Assembly (NCBI GenBank): GCA_000146045.2
Contig: BK006946.2
Coordinates: forward strand, 320,001 to 384,000
Direction of reading: 5' to 3'
DNA: 64,000 bases
Source: TPA_inf: Saccharomyces
Lineage: Eukaryota
Shown: positions 23,521-33,870 of the stretch, piece after piece
Layout of the letters: the number at the start of each line of letters is the position of its first letter
Position numbering within the stretch: position 1 is the stretch's first letter
The notes under the pieces: model-generated
Seen by the model: the letters and a program-made list of their open reading frames with translations, nothing else
Told to the model about the DNA's origin: nothing
Database searches by the model: none
Position numbers and translations under genes: made by a program

Positions 23521-24402
23521 GGTTTCTTCACCCTCGCTGACTTCAATCCTGGTTTGTCCACTGCTCTGTTTATCTTTTGTCTCCTTTCAAGTTAACTCTC
23601 TTTTCTTTGTTTTCGCTTGTAACTTTAAGTTTTCTGATATACGGCATCGAAACAGGGAAAAAACAGATAAAGCATAAAAAAGAAGGAAATAACAGAGTGT
23701 AACTGTTGGGGAAATATCATAATGAGAATATTTAAACGCCGGAACAATGTATCAAAAAGGGCTTTACCGCTAATAAGTGGAGTATCTATGCTTTTTTGAC
23801 GTATACAATGGACAGAAAAAGCGCCATATAAAACATTGAAGCCCCTCTTCATCCTTAGTCCTGAAAATGAGGCCTAGGAAATTAAGTATTCGGCAAAGAT
23901 ACATAATACAGTTCTAAAAGTAGCAAACTGGTAGATACTATTTGTGGCGCAGTTAGCTACCCCAAAATAAAAACGGTAATCTTCTCCCATTAGGGGCACC
24001 CCTCTTGCTTTTGTACGATGTGGTATCTTCGATTTTCAAACTGACAGGCATATTGCACAGCATAATGCGCACGGAATTCATTAAACTGTACGGATATATA
24101 TATGATATTACGGTGCCATATGATATTATACAATATTATACTGTACTGTACTATATTATATTATATTGTATTAATTATATTATACTATACCCTATCATAC
24201 CAAATATTTTGGCTATATTAATTTTTATCTACGTGTATCTAAGTTGTTACAGGCGGGGGAACTGAATTCCTTCAAAATGTGAAGGTACCGGAAAAATGGC
24301 AAAGAATCATGATAATAATAACAATAAGCCGTAAGCTTCATAAGTCATTGAACAGAATTATCTTATGAAGAAAGATCTATCGAATTAAAAAAATGGGGTC
24401 TA

Positions 24403-26517
24403 TTAAATGTCTCCATGTTTTTTATGAGTCTTGATGTGTTGCGACAAATTATCGCTTCTACTAAATTTCTTATCGCATATGTGACAAGCAAATGGTCGTT
24501 CGTTAGAGTGAACAGATCTCACATGCCTTTTCAAATGTTCGCTGCGCTTAAAGCTCTTGGGACAAATGTGACAGTGGAACGGTTTCTCCTCGAGTTCCTT
24601 TGTTGATTCTATTACGACACTTGATCTTCTGGACGGTGTCATTGATTTTCTCCTGTAACTTGGCCTTCTTTCCTTCGTAACCCCAGCACCATTGCCAGTT
24701 GAGTTGACACTACTACTGCTTATATTATTTTGTTGATTTGTAAGCGGCACCGTACCCATCAAAGGCACAGCAGACTTCCGCCTCCGAAGGGAAGAACCGA
24801 TTTTAGAGTTCATGGTATGGTGACCCTGCTGTGGGAAATGGTGATAGAAATGATTTGTTGCAAGAGACGTGGAGGATGATGATGCAGGCGATAATGGAGC
24901 CATATTCATTTGAGTGATGGAAAGATCGAAATTTGGAGTAGAATTAGCATTTTGTTCACCTTCCTCTGTCAAAAATGGCATATCATTACTCAAGCCTGTA
25001 GTCGCCACTTTCGCAATAACGGACGCATTGTCTGAAAGAATCATAGACGGTTTGATAAATTGTTGAGATGAACTCAAATTTGAATTCGGCAGCATATCGT
25101 TCTTGGGGTCTTCATCCTGCTTATTAACCAGGTCGTAGCTTAGTGAATCATCGATTATGGGTAAAGAAGCTCTTTGCCTTCTTGAATAAAGATCGCTGTT
25201 GAAGGATTTCATGTTAGTGCTACTGTTATTATGTGACGAGGTGAGCTGCTTGTGTTGAACTCGGTTTAGCTGTTGCTGTAATTGCTGACTTGGATTTATC
25301 TTTGTCATAGCATTGGCATCAAAAGAACTTGGGCAAGCAGATTTGTTCTTGCCAGAAGTGGATGTGCCCAAATTATCGTTGAAGTTCATATTATATTCGT
25401 TAAGAATCTGTGTCAACTCATTGTCTATGGTAGCGTCATTGTTTTTCGGGTTGCCAGCAATATTTGAGTCTGCATTTGCGTTCATAGTAGTGGTATTCGG
25501 ACTTGCATTGGAACTTGAGGTAGAATTAGTAGTGATATTGAGATTTGTATTTCTATTGCTTGGATTAATTTTCGGATGGTTCCAAAGGTCCAAAGAGTGA
25601 GAAATAGAATTCCTCGAATTTGTCATTGACGGAAATTGGTTTGTTATAACGTCGCTAAATCTTCGGCGTGATAAATTAGTGTCATCATCATCATCATTCA
25701 ATAAGAGATCACTAGAAACGTAATCATCTAGCATGGAGTCTATGTTCAGTGAATTAAAATAACTGGAATTTAAATTACCCGTAGAATTGGAGTTTGAATT
25801 AGAAATGGAGTTAGAATATGAATTTGTATCTGAGTTCAATTGATTTCTTAGTTTTTCGTTCAAATTGTTTGGGTTAGTGTCAATGAAAAGATTCGAATTA
25901 GCACCATTAGGTAAGGACAGACGATTATCTTTAATGGACGTATGTTGTTGGGCTCGAGGAGATATAAGAGTTTCATTACCATTTGAAGTTTGAGGCGATA
26001 AATTAGTTTCGTTACTTGCTGTATTTATGGGAGGATTTATAGTCGGATTTTGAGGTACCGATGAAGGTGACGGTGATTGTAACGGATTGTTCATGTTGTA
26101 CAAAATGTCGTTCATAGGATAAGGTGAAGTAAGAGTTGTGTATTGATTTGCCCCAGAGCCACTAGCATTATTAGTACTCTTAATTTCACTATCATTTTCA
26201 ATAGTTCTTGCATCGCGATTTTTGTTGCTATCAGCTTTCAAATGCAAGCTGTTATCGGTAGTGGATGGTATCGTTTCCGTTACGGGCAGTGGAGAGTCGA
26301 AAGATAGTGGAGGAAGCCCCAAATTCAGTGAAGTTTCTTGATTTTGAATGTCATTGAGATCCGCACTATCTAAGACAGTGTTTTTGATATCTAGAGAATA
26401 CGGGATAACATCGTTGTTAATATTATTTGGGTTATTATTCTCCACGTATTGTATACTACTCATGCTTTCTATGGGGAATAAAATATCTTCGCTATTGAAA
26501 TCATGGTCGACCGTCAT
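24403..26517 (-). CDS. MSN2: Stress-responsive C2H2 zinc-finger transcription activator, 704 aa.
   Basis: The track start at 26577 is upstream of the first ATG. The ATG at 26517 gives [15 protein letters not shown].... Two C-terminal C2H2 fingers are present ([24 protein letters not shown] and [23 protein letters not shown]). Fits YMR037C. Confidence 0.9.
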   Translation of the reverse strand: MTVDHDFNSEDILFPIESMSSIQYVENNNPNNINNDVIPYSLDIKNTVLDSADLNDIQNQETSLNLGLPPLSFDSPLPVTETIPSTTDNSLHLKADSNKNRDARTIENDSEIKSTNNASGSGANQYTTLTSPYPMNDILYNMNNPLQSPSPSSVPQNPTINPPINTASNETNLSPQTSNGNETLISPRAQQHTSIKDNRLSLPNGANSNLFIDTNPNNLNEKLRNQLNSDTNSYSNSISNSNSNSTGNLNSSYFNSLNIDSMLDDYVSSDLLLNDDDDDTNLSRRRFSDVITNQFPSMTNSRNSISHSLDLWNHPKINPSNRNTNLNITTNSTSSSNASPNTTTMNANADSNIAGNPKNNDATIDNELTQILNEYNMNFNDNLGTSTSGKNKSACPSSFDANAMTKINPSQQLQQQLNRVQHKQLTSSHNNSSTNMKSFNSDLYSRRQRASLPIIDDSLSYDLVNKQDEDPKNDMLPNSNLSSSQQFIKPSMILSDNASVIAKVATTGLSNDMPFLTEEGEQNANSTPNFDLSITQMNMAPLSPASSSSTSLATNHFYHHFPQQGHHTMNSKIGSSLRRRKSAVPLMGTVPLTNQQNNISSSSVNSTGNGAGVTKERRPSYRRKSMTPSRRSSVVIESTKELEEKPFHCHICPKSFKRSEHLKRHVRSVHSNERPFACHICDKKFSRSDNLSQHIKTHKKHGDI

Positions 26518-27510
26518 TTTAGATCTAGTTCTTCTATGAGCAATAAAAGTTGAAAAAAGAAAGAAAAAATAAAGCAAATAAAACCAAAGAAAAAAAGGTA
26601 GCCTCTTGGCGTATGAAATACCTTGCTACTACTGTTGTGATCTTCCCGAAAAATATGAGGAAGATACCGATAAAGTAAGGAAGAAAAAAGCAATATCTTT
26701 TTTTTTTTGAACTTTTCGTATTACAGACTAGTTTCTGTTATCTCCAAGGTTTCCGTCTGTTTTATTTTCGTGTAACACAGTTTCTAACTGGGAAGTCTTG
26801 TTGAGCTCGTGCTGCTTTCTTACTATTACCAAACAGGAAGGCAAAAAAAGGGAACACGGTTTACGCGATAAAAGTAAAAGGGCCAAGTCTGACTGGTGCT
26901 GATATCAGGCAACAAACACCACTTTGTTCTGCTATTTGTCTTTATTACCTGTCTCTTTCGCTGGAAACAACAAATATAAATAAGTAAGTGTCAATACTAT
27001 ATGTTGTCTGTAGAGGGGAAATTGTATATATTTTCGGTGTCTTGTTTTTCTTTTCCGCAGTTTGTTTTTCCCATTCTGATTTTCTGAAATTCGTAAAAAG
27101 GTGTTTTTTTCGTATAAATGGCTCTCTTTAATTTATTAGAGACAAAAAGAGCCGATATGTATGACGTAGACAGATGGTGTCAAGAACCGGCTTGGCTGCT
27201 ACGGAATGCGTAGCTGAACGCCGTGGTTTCCGGAGAAAGACGAAAGATCAACTCCGGCCGTCTGGCCAGGAACGATAGGTGCTGGAGATAAGTGAGGTAC
27301 GGATACCAAGAGCGAAATACCTCTTTAGGTACGTTCCGGGCCGTTGTTGCCGGCGAAACCGGAGGGACAAGGCAATATGAAGTAGGATTGGAAACCGGCT
27401 TTGGCATATTGCCACATGCGTATGTACATGTCCGGCATCACGTGGTTATGATGTAGTATACTATATTATGTTATATCTGTATTACGCTACGTTGTGCTAT
27501 CTTGGATGTT

Positions 27511-28260
27511 CTATTTGATGTTGTTGGCCAAGGCATCTTTTCTCTCTTCCCAAACAGTCTTTCCGGTACACGCACACACTTGTTTATTATTTTCCCACAC
27601 ACCAGCGCTTCTCGCAATGACTCCCAGAAATGAGTAGTCCTTAACGGAGGAAGGCTCGTTTTCTGGGTGGTTCAGAGACTTGGAAATGACAAAGCTGCGG
27701 CCGATAAGTTGCCATGTTGGCAAGGGAGCGCTCAGAAAGGTCTTCCCACTGTACAAGTTCTTGCCCAAATCACTCTCGTTGAAGCATTCAATGGGTTCGT
27801 CGAACTTGTGCCAAACTTTACCAGTAGATTCCACGCCCTTGGAGACGTCGCCTTTCTCGTGAATGCTGGCGTGGTAATTTCCCGCCTCTGGGACGCCATT
27901 TACAGTGATGTCAAAAAGAGTCTTATTCTCTCCAACCTGAACGATTCTTGCTAGGCCCCTCACGGCGGTGTCCTTTTTCTGGTCTATAGTATATTTTTGA
28001 AAGGTCTCTAAGATAGCGACCGCGGAAGAATTCGGCTTCCCGGCGCCTCTTATGATGGCGTCTTTACCACAGTTTCGCAAGGTGTTGATGATGGTTGAAG
28101 GGGCTACTGAGCTTTCCACGCTCATTATTTGTTGCTCTATATCGAAATTCAATGAATTGATTCCTGGGACATTTTTTAGGCATGCCTTTATATCATTCAC
28201 GCAATTTTCACAGTGCATGGGAATGGCATAAGTAGCCTCGTATGTATCGTTCGTGGTCAT
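27511..28260 (-). CDS. CCS1: Copper chaperone for superoxide dismutase, 249 aa.
   Basis: ATG at 28260. It has an N-terminal HMA-like MHCENC motif and a SOD1-like central domain. Fits YMR038C. Confidence 0.9.
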   Translation of the reverse strand: MTTNDTYEATYAIPMHCENCVNDIKACLKNVPGINSLNFDIEQQIMSVESSVAPSTIINTLRNCGKDAIIRGAGKPNSSAVAILETFQKYTIDQKKDTAVRGLARIVQVGENKTLFDITVNGVPEAGNYHASIHEKGDVSKGVESTGKVWHKFDEPIECFNESDLGKNLYSGKTFLSAPLPTWQLIGRSFVISKSLNHPENEPSSVKDYSFLGVIARSAGVWENNKQVCACTGKTVWEERKDALANNIK

Positions 28261-28643
28261 TTTTGTGCTGATCGAATGGGTTTCTGCCTTGCAAAGATAT
28301 CTTTATTCTTTTCTTAGTCTAAATTTTTTTTTTTTGGCTTGCCTTTAATATATTATTTTTCCGAACAATGAATTTTTACCCTCTTCCATTCTCACTGTGT
28401 ACTAGTTGTACGGGGAAAATGCTTAGTAAGCGCAAATTTTTTTTTGATAGTATATTATACTGAAATGTACAAGATTAACTTTTGTCTGGTTATTATAAAT
28501 CACATATTTGATTATATGAATTGTTAAAATGAATTTGACAAACAGAAAAGTATATATTTTTATTTCTTTTTTTTTTTTTTTATTCTCTAATAAGCTCGTT
28601 GGATGGAAGACGTTGACATAAGCAAGCTCAACTTCCAGGACTA

Positions 28644-29522
28644 TTATTCTTCTTCACTTATGTCGTCTTCAGCCTTGTTCATTTCAGCTTCCAAGCTTTG
28701 AGCAAATTCTTCGTCACTAGAATTTGCATCTTTTGACTCGTTTATGTTGGAGACAATATCTTCTTTTTTAGCTTGAAGTGTGGGTACAGGTTCAGGTTCA
28801 GGTTCAGCTATCTTTTCTTTTGCCTTTGCCTCTTTCTCTTGTTCTGCAACTGCTTTTGCCTTTGCCTCCTCTGCCTCTTCTTTTTCCTTTTGCTTGCGTT
28901 CCTCTTGTTGTTTCCTACCTGCCTGGCCTGGGATGATCAAAGTAGCATTGGCTTCTCTTTCAGCGTTTTGAATGTTTTCCTCGTGTGGAAGTAGAGTAGG
29001 TGGAGCAGGTTTCTTCTTCTTTGAACGTGGCTCCAAGTCATGACTCTCATTAGATGCTTTGGACTTATCTTCTCTCCTCTTCTTTGGGCTGTTCTTGTCC
29101 TTCCCGTTTTTATCCTTGTCGTTATTAGTACTGTCATTATTGTTATCATCTTCATATTCGTCGTCGGACAATAGTCTAACCATTTTGGTTTTTGGTCTCT
29201 TGGATCCTAGCCTTCTCAAGGCTTCATCAATATTCAATCTGTGCTTAAGCAATTCGTCGTATAGATCTTCTGTCAACGAAATACCTTTCTTCCCAGGTTT
29301 CATTTCGCCTGTAGATGAGTCCAGATAGTACTCACGGATATCAATTAAATTTATGTTTCTAAATTGTCTTACCGTGACCCTCTTATTTTTACCCAGATCA
29401 AAAATTGCATCTGATGCGGATAGTCCAGATGGCATACCACCATTGTTATTGTTACTGTTACTTAAGTTTCCTCCACCATTATCGCTTCTTCTTTTGTTCC
29501 TATACCTGTTGTAATATGACAT
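28644..29522 (-). CDS. SUB1: PC4-family transcriptional coactivator, 292 aa.
   Basis: The track ORF begins upstream. The known start MSYYNRYRNKRRSDNGGG maps to the ATG at 29522. The PC4 ssDNA-binding core is present (RVTVRQFRNINLIDIREYY). Fits YMR039C. Confidence 0.85.
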   Translation of the reverse strand: MSYYNRYRNKRRSDNGGGNLSNSNNNNGGMPSGLSASDAIFDLGKNKRVTVRQFRNINLIDIREYYLDSSTGEMKPGKKGISLTEDLYDELLKHRLNIDEALRRLGSKRPKTKMVRLLSDDEYEDDNNNDSTNNDKDKNGKDKNSPKKRREDKSKASNESHDLEPRSKKKKPAPPTLLPHEENIQNAEREANATLIIPGQAGRKQQEERKQKEKEEAEEAKAKAVAEQEKEAKAKEKIAEPEPEPVPTLQAKKEDIVSNINESKDANSSDEEFAQSLEAEMNKAEDDISEEE

Positions 29523-30380
29523 AGCGCTTGTGTTTGTATATATGTCGAAAAATTGATGTGTACGGAAAGATTTAATATTAAATAGCTTTCTTAAGTGGGC
29601 AACCAAAAGTGTTTCTTTGATTGGGGACTTTTACAAAATTCACGTTTACAACCTCTTCTCTTGTCTTCCTATCGTTCCCTGGATCAAATTAAGAATTTTC
29701 ATCAAGAATAGAGAGCAGAAGGCAAGCCAAGAGAGAAAAAGAAAGAGAGAAAGAAAGAAAGGAGAGGAAGAGGAGATGAAAAGAGAGGAAAACTTGAGTT
29801 TTGATAAAGAAATTTGAGGAAGGTAAAAGTAAAATTCCCATTCAAATGAATGTATTAATAAATTCTCATCATTAAAAGGAGGGAAAAATTACGTATAACG
29901 TAAAGATAAAACGTGTGTGTGTGCAGTGCTATACTCATTGTCCTTGTTAGTGATGATAATTCGTCCCAGCTGAAAAAACTCAAAATAAGTATTACCCGGA
30001 TCGAGGCTGTGGCATTTAGCGCCGCTGTCTTGACCATCCACCAATGGTTGATAATAACATCGGATGATCAGCCCATTTTTGGTGTATTACTATCCCATCT
30101 CATTCTTCCAAAAAACACGTATATATCATTGACGAGATCGAGATACGTCTGCTGTGTTTAACGGCTAACTTGGTTGTGTAGGCTTGTGTCAATTAGGCAA
30201 AATGGTTTTCTTGGAAAAAAGACAAGGGAAAAAAAAGGGTTGATAGAGCAATATATGTACAGCTGGCCTTCTCTGAGAAAAGCTAGCCGCCTGGAAGTAA
30301 ATAAATACGCTGAGTGTTCGTTGGAGCATGAATTATGTGAATAGAAAAATACTAAGCAAAATTTCAAAGTCGAGTTAGTG

Positions 30381-30863
30381 ATGGGTGTTTATTTGGCAGT
30401 ACTCTTTTCGTTACTGGTCATCGAAATGGCCATTCTGTTTATTTTGGTACTTCCGCTTCCACAGCGTATGAGAAGGTGGCTGTATATACGCTACAGTATC
30501 ATAAGTACTAATAAGAAATTCAGAACTTATATGGTTGGAATCATGATCTTCGTTGGTCTTTTGTTCATCGATTCATGGAAAAGGTCACAGATCAGAGTGT
30601 CTACGTACCGCAACCAGAAAAATCCCTATATAATAAATAGTGTAACCCCAGTGGATGCACTGGCTTCAAGGGCATATAACCAAAGGAATGTTTACATTTC
30701 AGGCTTCATCATCTACTTTTATATATGTATACTCACCGTGATGAGTATATTGCGAAGAATAGTGGAATGGAATGACAAAATGAAGGCTGGAGATGACATT
30801 CTGAAGGAAAAGTTAAGACGAAAGCAAAAATATTTAGAGGAATTGCAGAAGAAGAAATTTTAA
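30381..30863 (+). CDS. YET2: ER membrane protein of the Bap31/Yet family, 160 aa.
   Basis: The track start at 30378 is a GTG. The ATG at 30381 gives MGVYLAVLFSLLVIEM... with three TM helices and a C-terminal coiled-coil. Fits YMR040W. Confidence 0.7.
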   Translation: MGVYLAVLFSLLVIEMAILFILVLPLPQRMRRWLYIRYSIISTNKKFRTYMVGIMIFVGLLFIDSWKRSQIRVSTYRNQKNPYIINSVTPVDALASRAYNQRNVYISGFIIYFYICILTVMSILRRIVEWNDKMKAGDDILKEKLRRKQKYLEELQKKKF

Positions 30864-30965
30864 AAGGAAAAAACTAAAAAAGAAGAAAAGGAAAAACTTA
30901 CATATGTAAATAGAACAAATGAATATAAACTAAAATTTGACAAATTTTTTTTCTTTTTGGGGTGA

Positions 30966-31973
30966 TTATATCATTTCTGGATGAGGAATACCTGAAGACC
31001 ACTCTTCATTAAAATGTTCTTTAAAAATATTCTTTTGGATATATTCTACTAGTTGTCCGTCCTTAGAAGATAATCTGTTGCCATTCGATTTCACAATTTC
31101 GTAATTATCCAGAGCAAGTTTCAATTCTTCCATGCTACTGACTCCAAGAACAACGGGTCCCTTTCCTACCCATTCCGAAATCGCGTATCTTGTGGCCAAA
31201 TCGGCTAAGTCGACATTTTGTTCTTGACAGTATTTGGCAGCCTGAGATGCGCATTCTCTCAATTCATGAGAACACGGGTGAAACTGTCTTGTCTCCTGTG
31301 ACCTTAGTAGCGACATGCTCAAGATTGATGCGTTGCAAACCATTTTCAGTTTAGCATTGCGTAGCAGTCTTTCTCGAAAGTTCAATAGCTTATTGTTTTG
31401 TAAGTTCAAGTTACAATAGGACAATACTGCATCCAATGACCCAATATCACTTTCCTCGGTAGAGCAGTACTCAGCAAGCCAGGTGATAAAGTCGATTGGG
31501 TAGCCTGATATGCCAAAATTTTTGATAACTCCTTTGTTCTTCAAGGTCCTCAATTCCTTTAATGCCTCTAAGATGTCTGGAAATTTGACAAACTCGACAT
31601 CGTGCAAGTACACCAAATCGAGATATGTAGTGTGTAATCTTTCGCACGATCTGTGAACACTAAATCTCACGAAATCTCTAGAATAGTTAAACTCTTCCGC
31701 ACCAATACGCCCAACCTTTGTGCATATAAAATAAGTGTCTCTGGGAAATTCATTCCTTAAATTGGACAGTGCCCTACCATAAAGAACCTCACTAGGGCCA
31801 TAGTAGGGAGAAGTGTCAATTGCATTGATACCATGCGAAAATGCGTATTTGATTATGTCTTCCAGTGGAATGGATTCTGGCTCATCTGTATATTGCTGGT
31901 TCAGTATTGCACCTCCTAAGACTAAAGGAGAAACCGAAGCTAAGTCGAATGGATTCACTTTTTCATTAACCAT
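30966..31973 (-). CDS. ARA2: Aldo-keto reductase (D-arabinose dehydrogenase), 335 aa.
   Basis: ATG at 31973 and an AKR-fold protein MVNEKVNPFDLASVSPLVLGGAILNQ.... Fits YMR041C. Confidence 0.8.
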   Translation of the reverse strand: MVNEKVNPFDLASVSPLVLGGAILNQQYTDEPESIPLEDIIKYAFSHGINAIDTSPYYGPSEVLYGRALSNLRNEFPRDTYFICTKVGRIGAEEFNYSRDFVRFSVHRSCERLHTTYLDLVYLHDVEFVKFPDILEALKELRTLKNKGVIKNFGISGYPIDFITWLAEYCSTEESDIGSLDAVLSYCNLNLQNNKLLNFRERLLRNAKLKMVCNASILSMSLLRSQETRQFHPCSHELRECASQAAKYCQEQNVDLADLATRYAISEWVGKGPVVLGVSSMEELKLALDNYEIVKSNGNRLSSKDGQLVEYIQKNIFKEHFNEEWSSGIPHPEMI

Positions 31974-32279
31974 CTTATAGTCTCCGTTGTTACTCTTTTA
32001 TTTATGTGTACTCTTCCTTCCTGTTAACAGAGTAGATAAATATAGGCTTTAAACTTACCGTGTACTGAAACCCAGAAGGCAGCTTTCTTTTTTCCAGAAA
32101 GTAAAATAATGACAAAAAAATCGACTACATATGCACAATGCTAAGTTATATGACACTTTCTTTCTTATCCTCACTTATCCATAAGACACCCCTCTTCTTC
32201 AGAGAATTTGGTAAGCAATTTCATGTATTTCCATGAGAATGGGCTCGCATCCCAGAGCGCAACTAATATATGAATATAA

Positions 32280-32370
32280 GCGGATTTAGCTCAGTTGGGA
32301 GAGCGCCAGACTGAAGAAATACTTCGGTCAAGTTATCTGGAGGTCCTGTGTTCGATCCACAGAATTCGCA
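32280..32370 (+). tRNA. tF(GAA): tRNA-Phe (GAA) gene with an 18-nt intron at 32318..32335. The exons give the canonical 73-nt yeast tRNA-Phe.
   Basis: The sequence is GCGGATTTAGCTCAGTTGGGAGAGCGCCAGACTGAAGA [aatacttcggtcaagtta] TCTGGAGGTCCTGTGTTCGATCCACAGAATTCGCA. It is identical to yeast tRNA-Phe apart from the intron 3' of anticodon position 37. Confidence 0.9.
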
Positions 32371-32602
32371 TTAATTTTTTTTTACTTTTCATTCGTTTTC
32401 CTCTTTTGGTGATGAGCAGCATCACAGAAGCGGGTGGGTCATCCATTATTAGACGGTAAGTGAAAAAAATTTGATGATTCAGGTGAACCGCTATGGAAAG
32501 GCACGTAGTTCTACTTACTCCTAGCAAGTAGCTATGCGATTTTCCTGCGCCATTTTTTTTCCCACATTAGTTACATACACTCTCTAAAGAATATTGCTAA
32601 AT

Positions 32603-33136
32603 ATGACGTCGAATAGCGACGGTTCAAGTACCAGTCCAGTTGAGAAACCAATTACCGGCGATGTTGAAACTAATGAACCTACCAAACCAATACGGCGGCT
32701 TTCAACGCCATCGCCAGAACAAGATCAAGAAGGCGATTTCGACGAAGAAGACGATGATGACAAATTCAGCGTGAGCACATCAACTCCCACCCCAACCATA
32801 ACGAAAACTAAGGACAGCAGCGACACAAGTACGGTTACGAGGCGGAAGCAGCCGATCAGGTACATCGAGAATAAGACCCGGAGACATGTCACCTTCTCGA
32901 AGAGGCGGCACGGGATCATGAAAAAAGCATATGAGCTCTCCGTCCTAACCGGCGCCAATATTCTGCTTCTAATTCTGGCAAACTCTGGCCTGGTCTACAC
33001 TTTCACAACGCCTAAGCTCGAGCCGGTGGTACGGGAAGACGAGGGTAAGAGCCTCATCAGGGCATGCATCAATGCTTCAGACACTCCTGACGCTACCGAC
33101 ACGTCGCCGGCACAGGAACAATCTCCGGCAAACTGA
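32603..33136 (+). CDS. ARG80: MADS-box arginine-metabolism regulator, 177 aa.
   Basis: The track start at 32594 is a TTG. The ATG at 32603 gives MTSNSDGSST.... The MADS core is IENKTRRHVTFSKRRHGIMKKAYELSVLTG. Fits YMR042W. Confidence 0.9.
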   Translation: MTSNSDGSSTSPVEKPITGDVETNEPTKPIRRLSTPSPEQDQEGDFDEEDDDDKFSVSTSTPTPTITKTKDSSDTSTVTRRKQPIRYIENKTRRHVTFSKRRHGIMKKAYELSVLTGANILLLILANSGLVYTFTTPKLEPVVREDEGKSLIRACINASDTPDATDTSPAQEQSPAN

Positions 33137-33870
33137 ACATGCGAGAGTAAGAGATGCCCCACGAAGGCATAGGCAGATCCATATAGCACAATACGCGCAT
33201 ATAAAGTAGCATTGCTGCCAAAGGGGGTTGCACAAGGAGTTGCCCTCCTTCGGCACGCGGCTCGGAACATACCGGAGTGTCCCCCTTTGAGTAATTTTTC
33301 TCAAAAGAGGCACTTTTGCGCTGGGCCGCAGGAAATTTCCCTTTCTGTTCAGCACCTGTTGTCCTATATTAAGCTGTGCCAAACAAGGTCATCTCCAAAT
33401 ACTTACCAAAAAGCTAGGGCGTACTGTACTGGAATCTCTGCTTTTTTCTTTACCTTACTTCAATTTGCCTTGTCTGCTTTTTTACGTGTGTTTTGGCGTT
33501 TCTGCTTTTCTTTTTTATTACTCGTTGTTGTAAATCATTTTCTAAGTATTATACATACTATATCATCGCATACCCAATCGGTTTCCTATTCTCACCACTT
33601 TTTTCTGGAAAAATACATAGCCTAACAAGCAATTTTATTTTACGTTTGTTAATTCATTATACTGATAATATTTTTGAATTTTTTTTTTTTTTGATACATT
33701 TTTTTTAATCGCTGTTTTGTCTGTTTTTTTCGATTCAGTTATAGGGAAAAAAACGGGAAAGGAAAGAGAAAAAAAAATTAGTGCAGAGCAATAAGAAGCG
33801 AAAATCAAAAAAAAGTTTTGGATCTGCAAGACTTGCTGTCACGCAACAATATTATAGCCACCCAGCAAAA

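Noticed and set aside
28773-29328. Plus-strand ORFs (63-89 aa) rich in F/L/S/C, and a minus-strand 72-aa ORF, inside SUB1.
   Set aside because: They are antisense or out-of-frame readings of the K/E/A-rich low-complexity C-terminal coding region of SUB1.
32995-33625. Three mutually overlapping ORFs (91-137 aa) in the ARG80-MCM1 spacer.
   Set aside because: They overlap each other in different frames across a moderately GC-rich spacer. None has a recognisable domain. They are most likely chance ORFs in the MCM1 promoter and ARG80 terminator region.
10685-33781. Track ORF starts at 5438, 10685, 21127, 30378, 32594, 33781 and other sites that lengthen known proteins.
   Set aside because: At these positions the sequence reads TTG or GTG, so the track uses non-ATG starts shown as M. 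I moved each start to the first in-frame ATG that fits the protein as I remember it.
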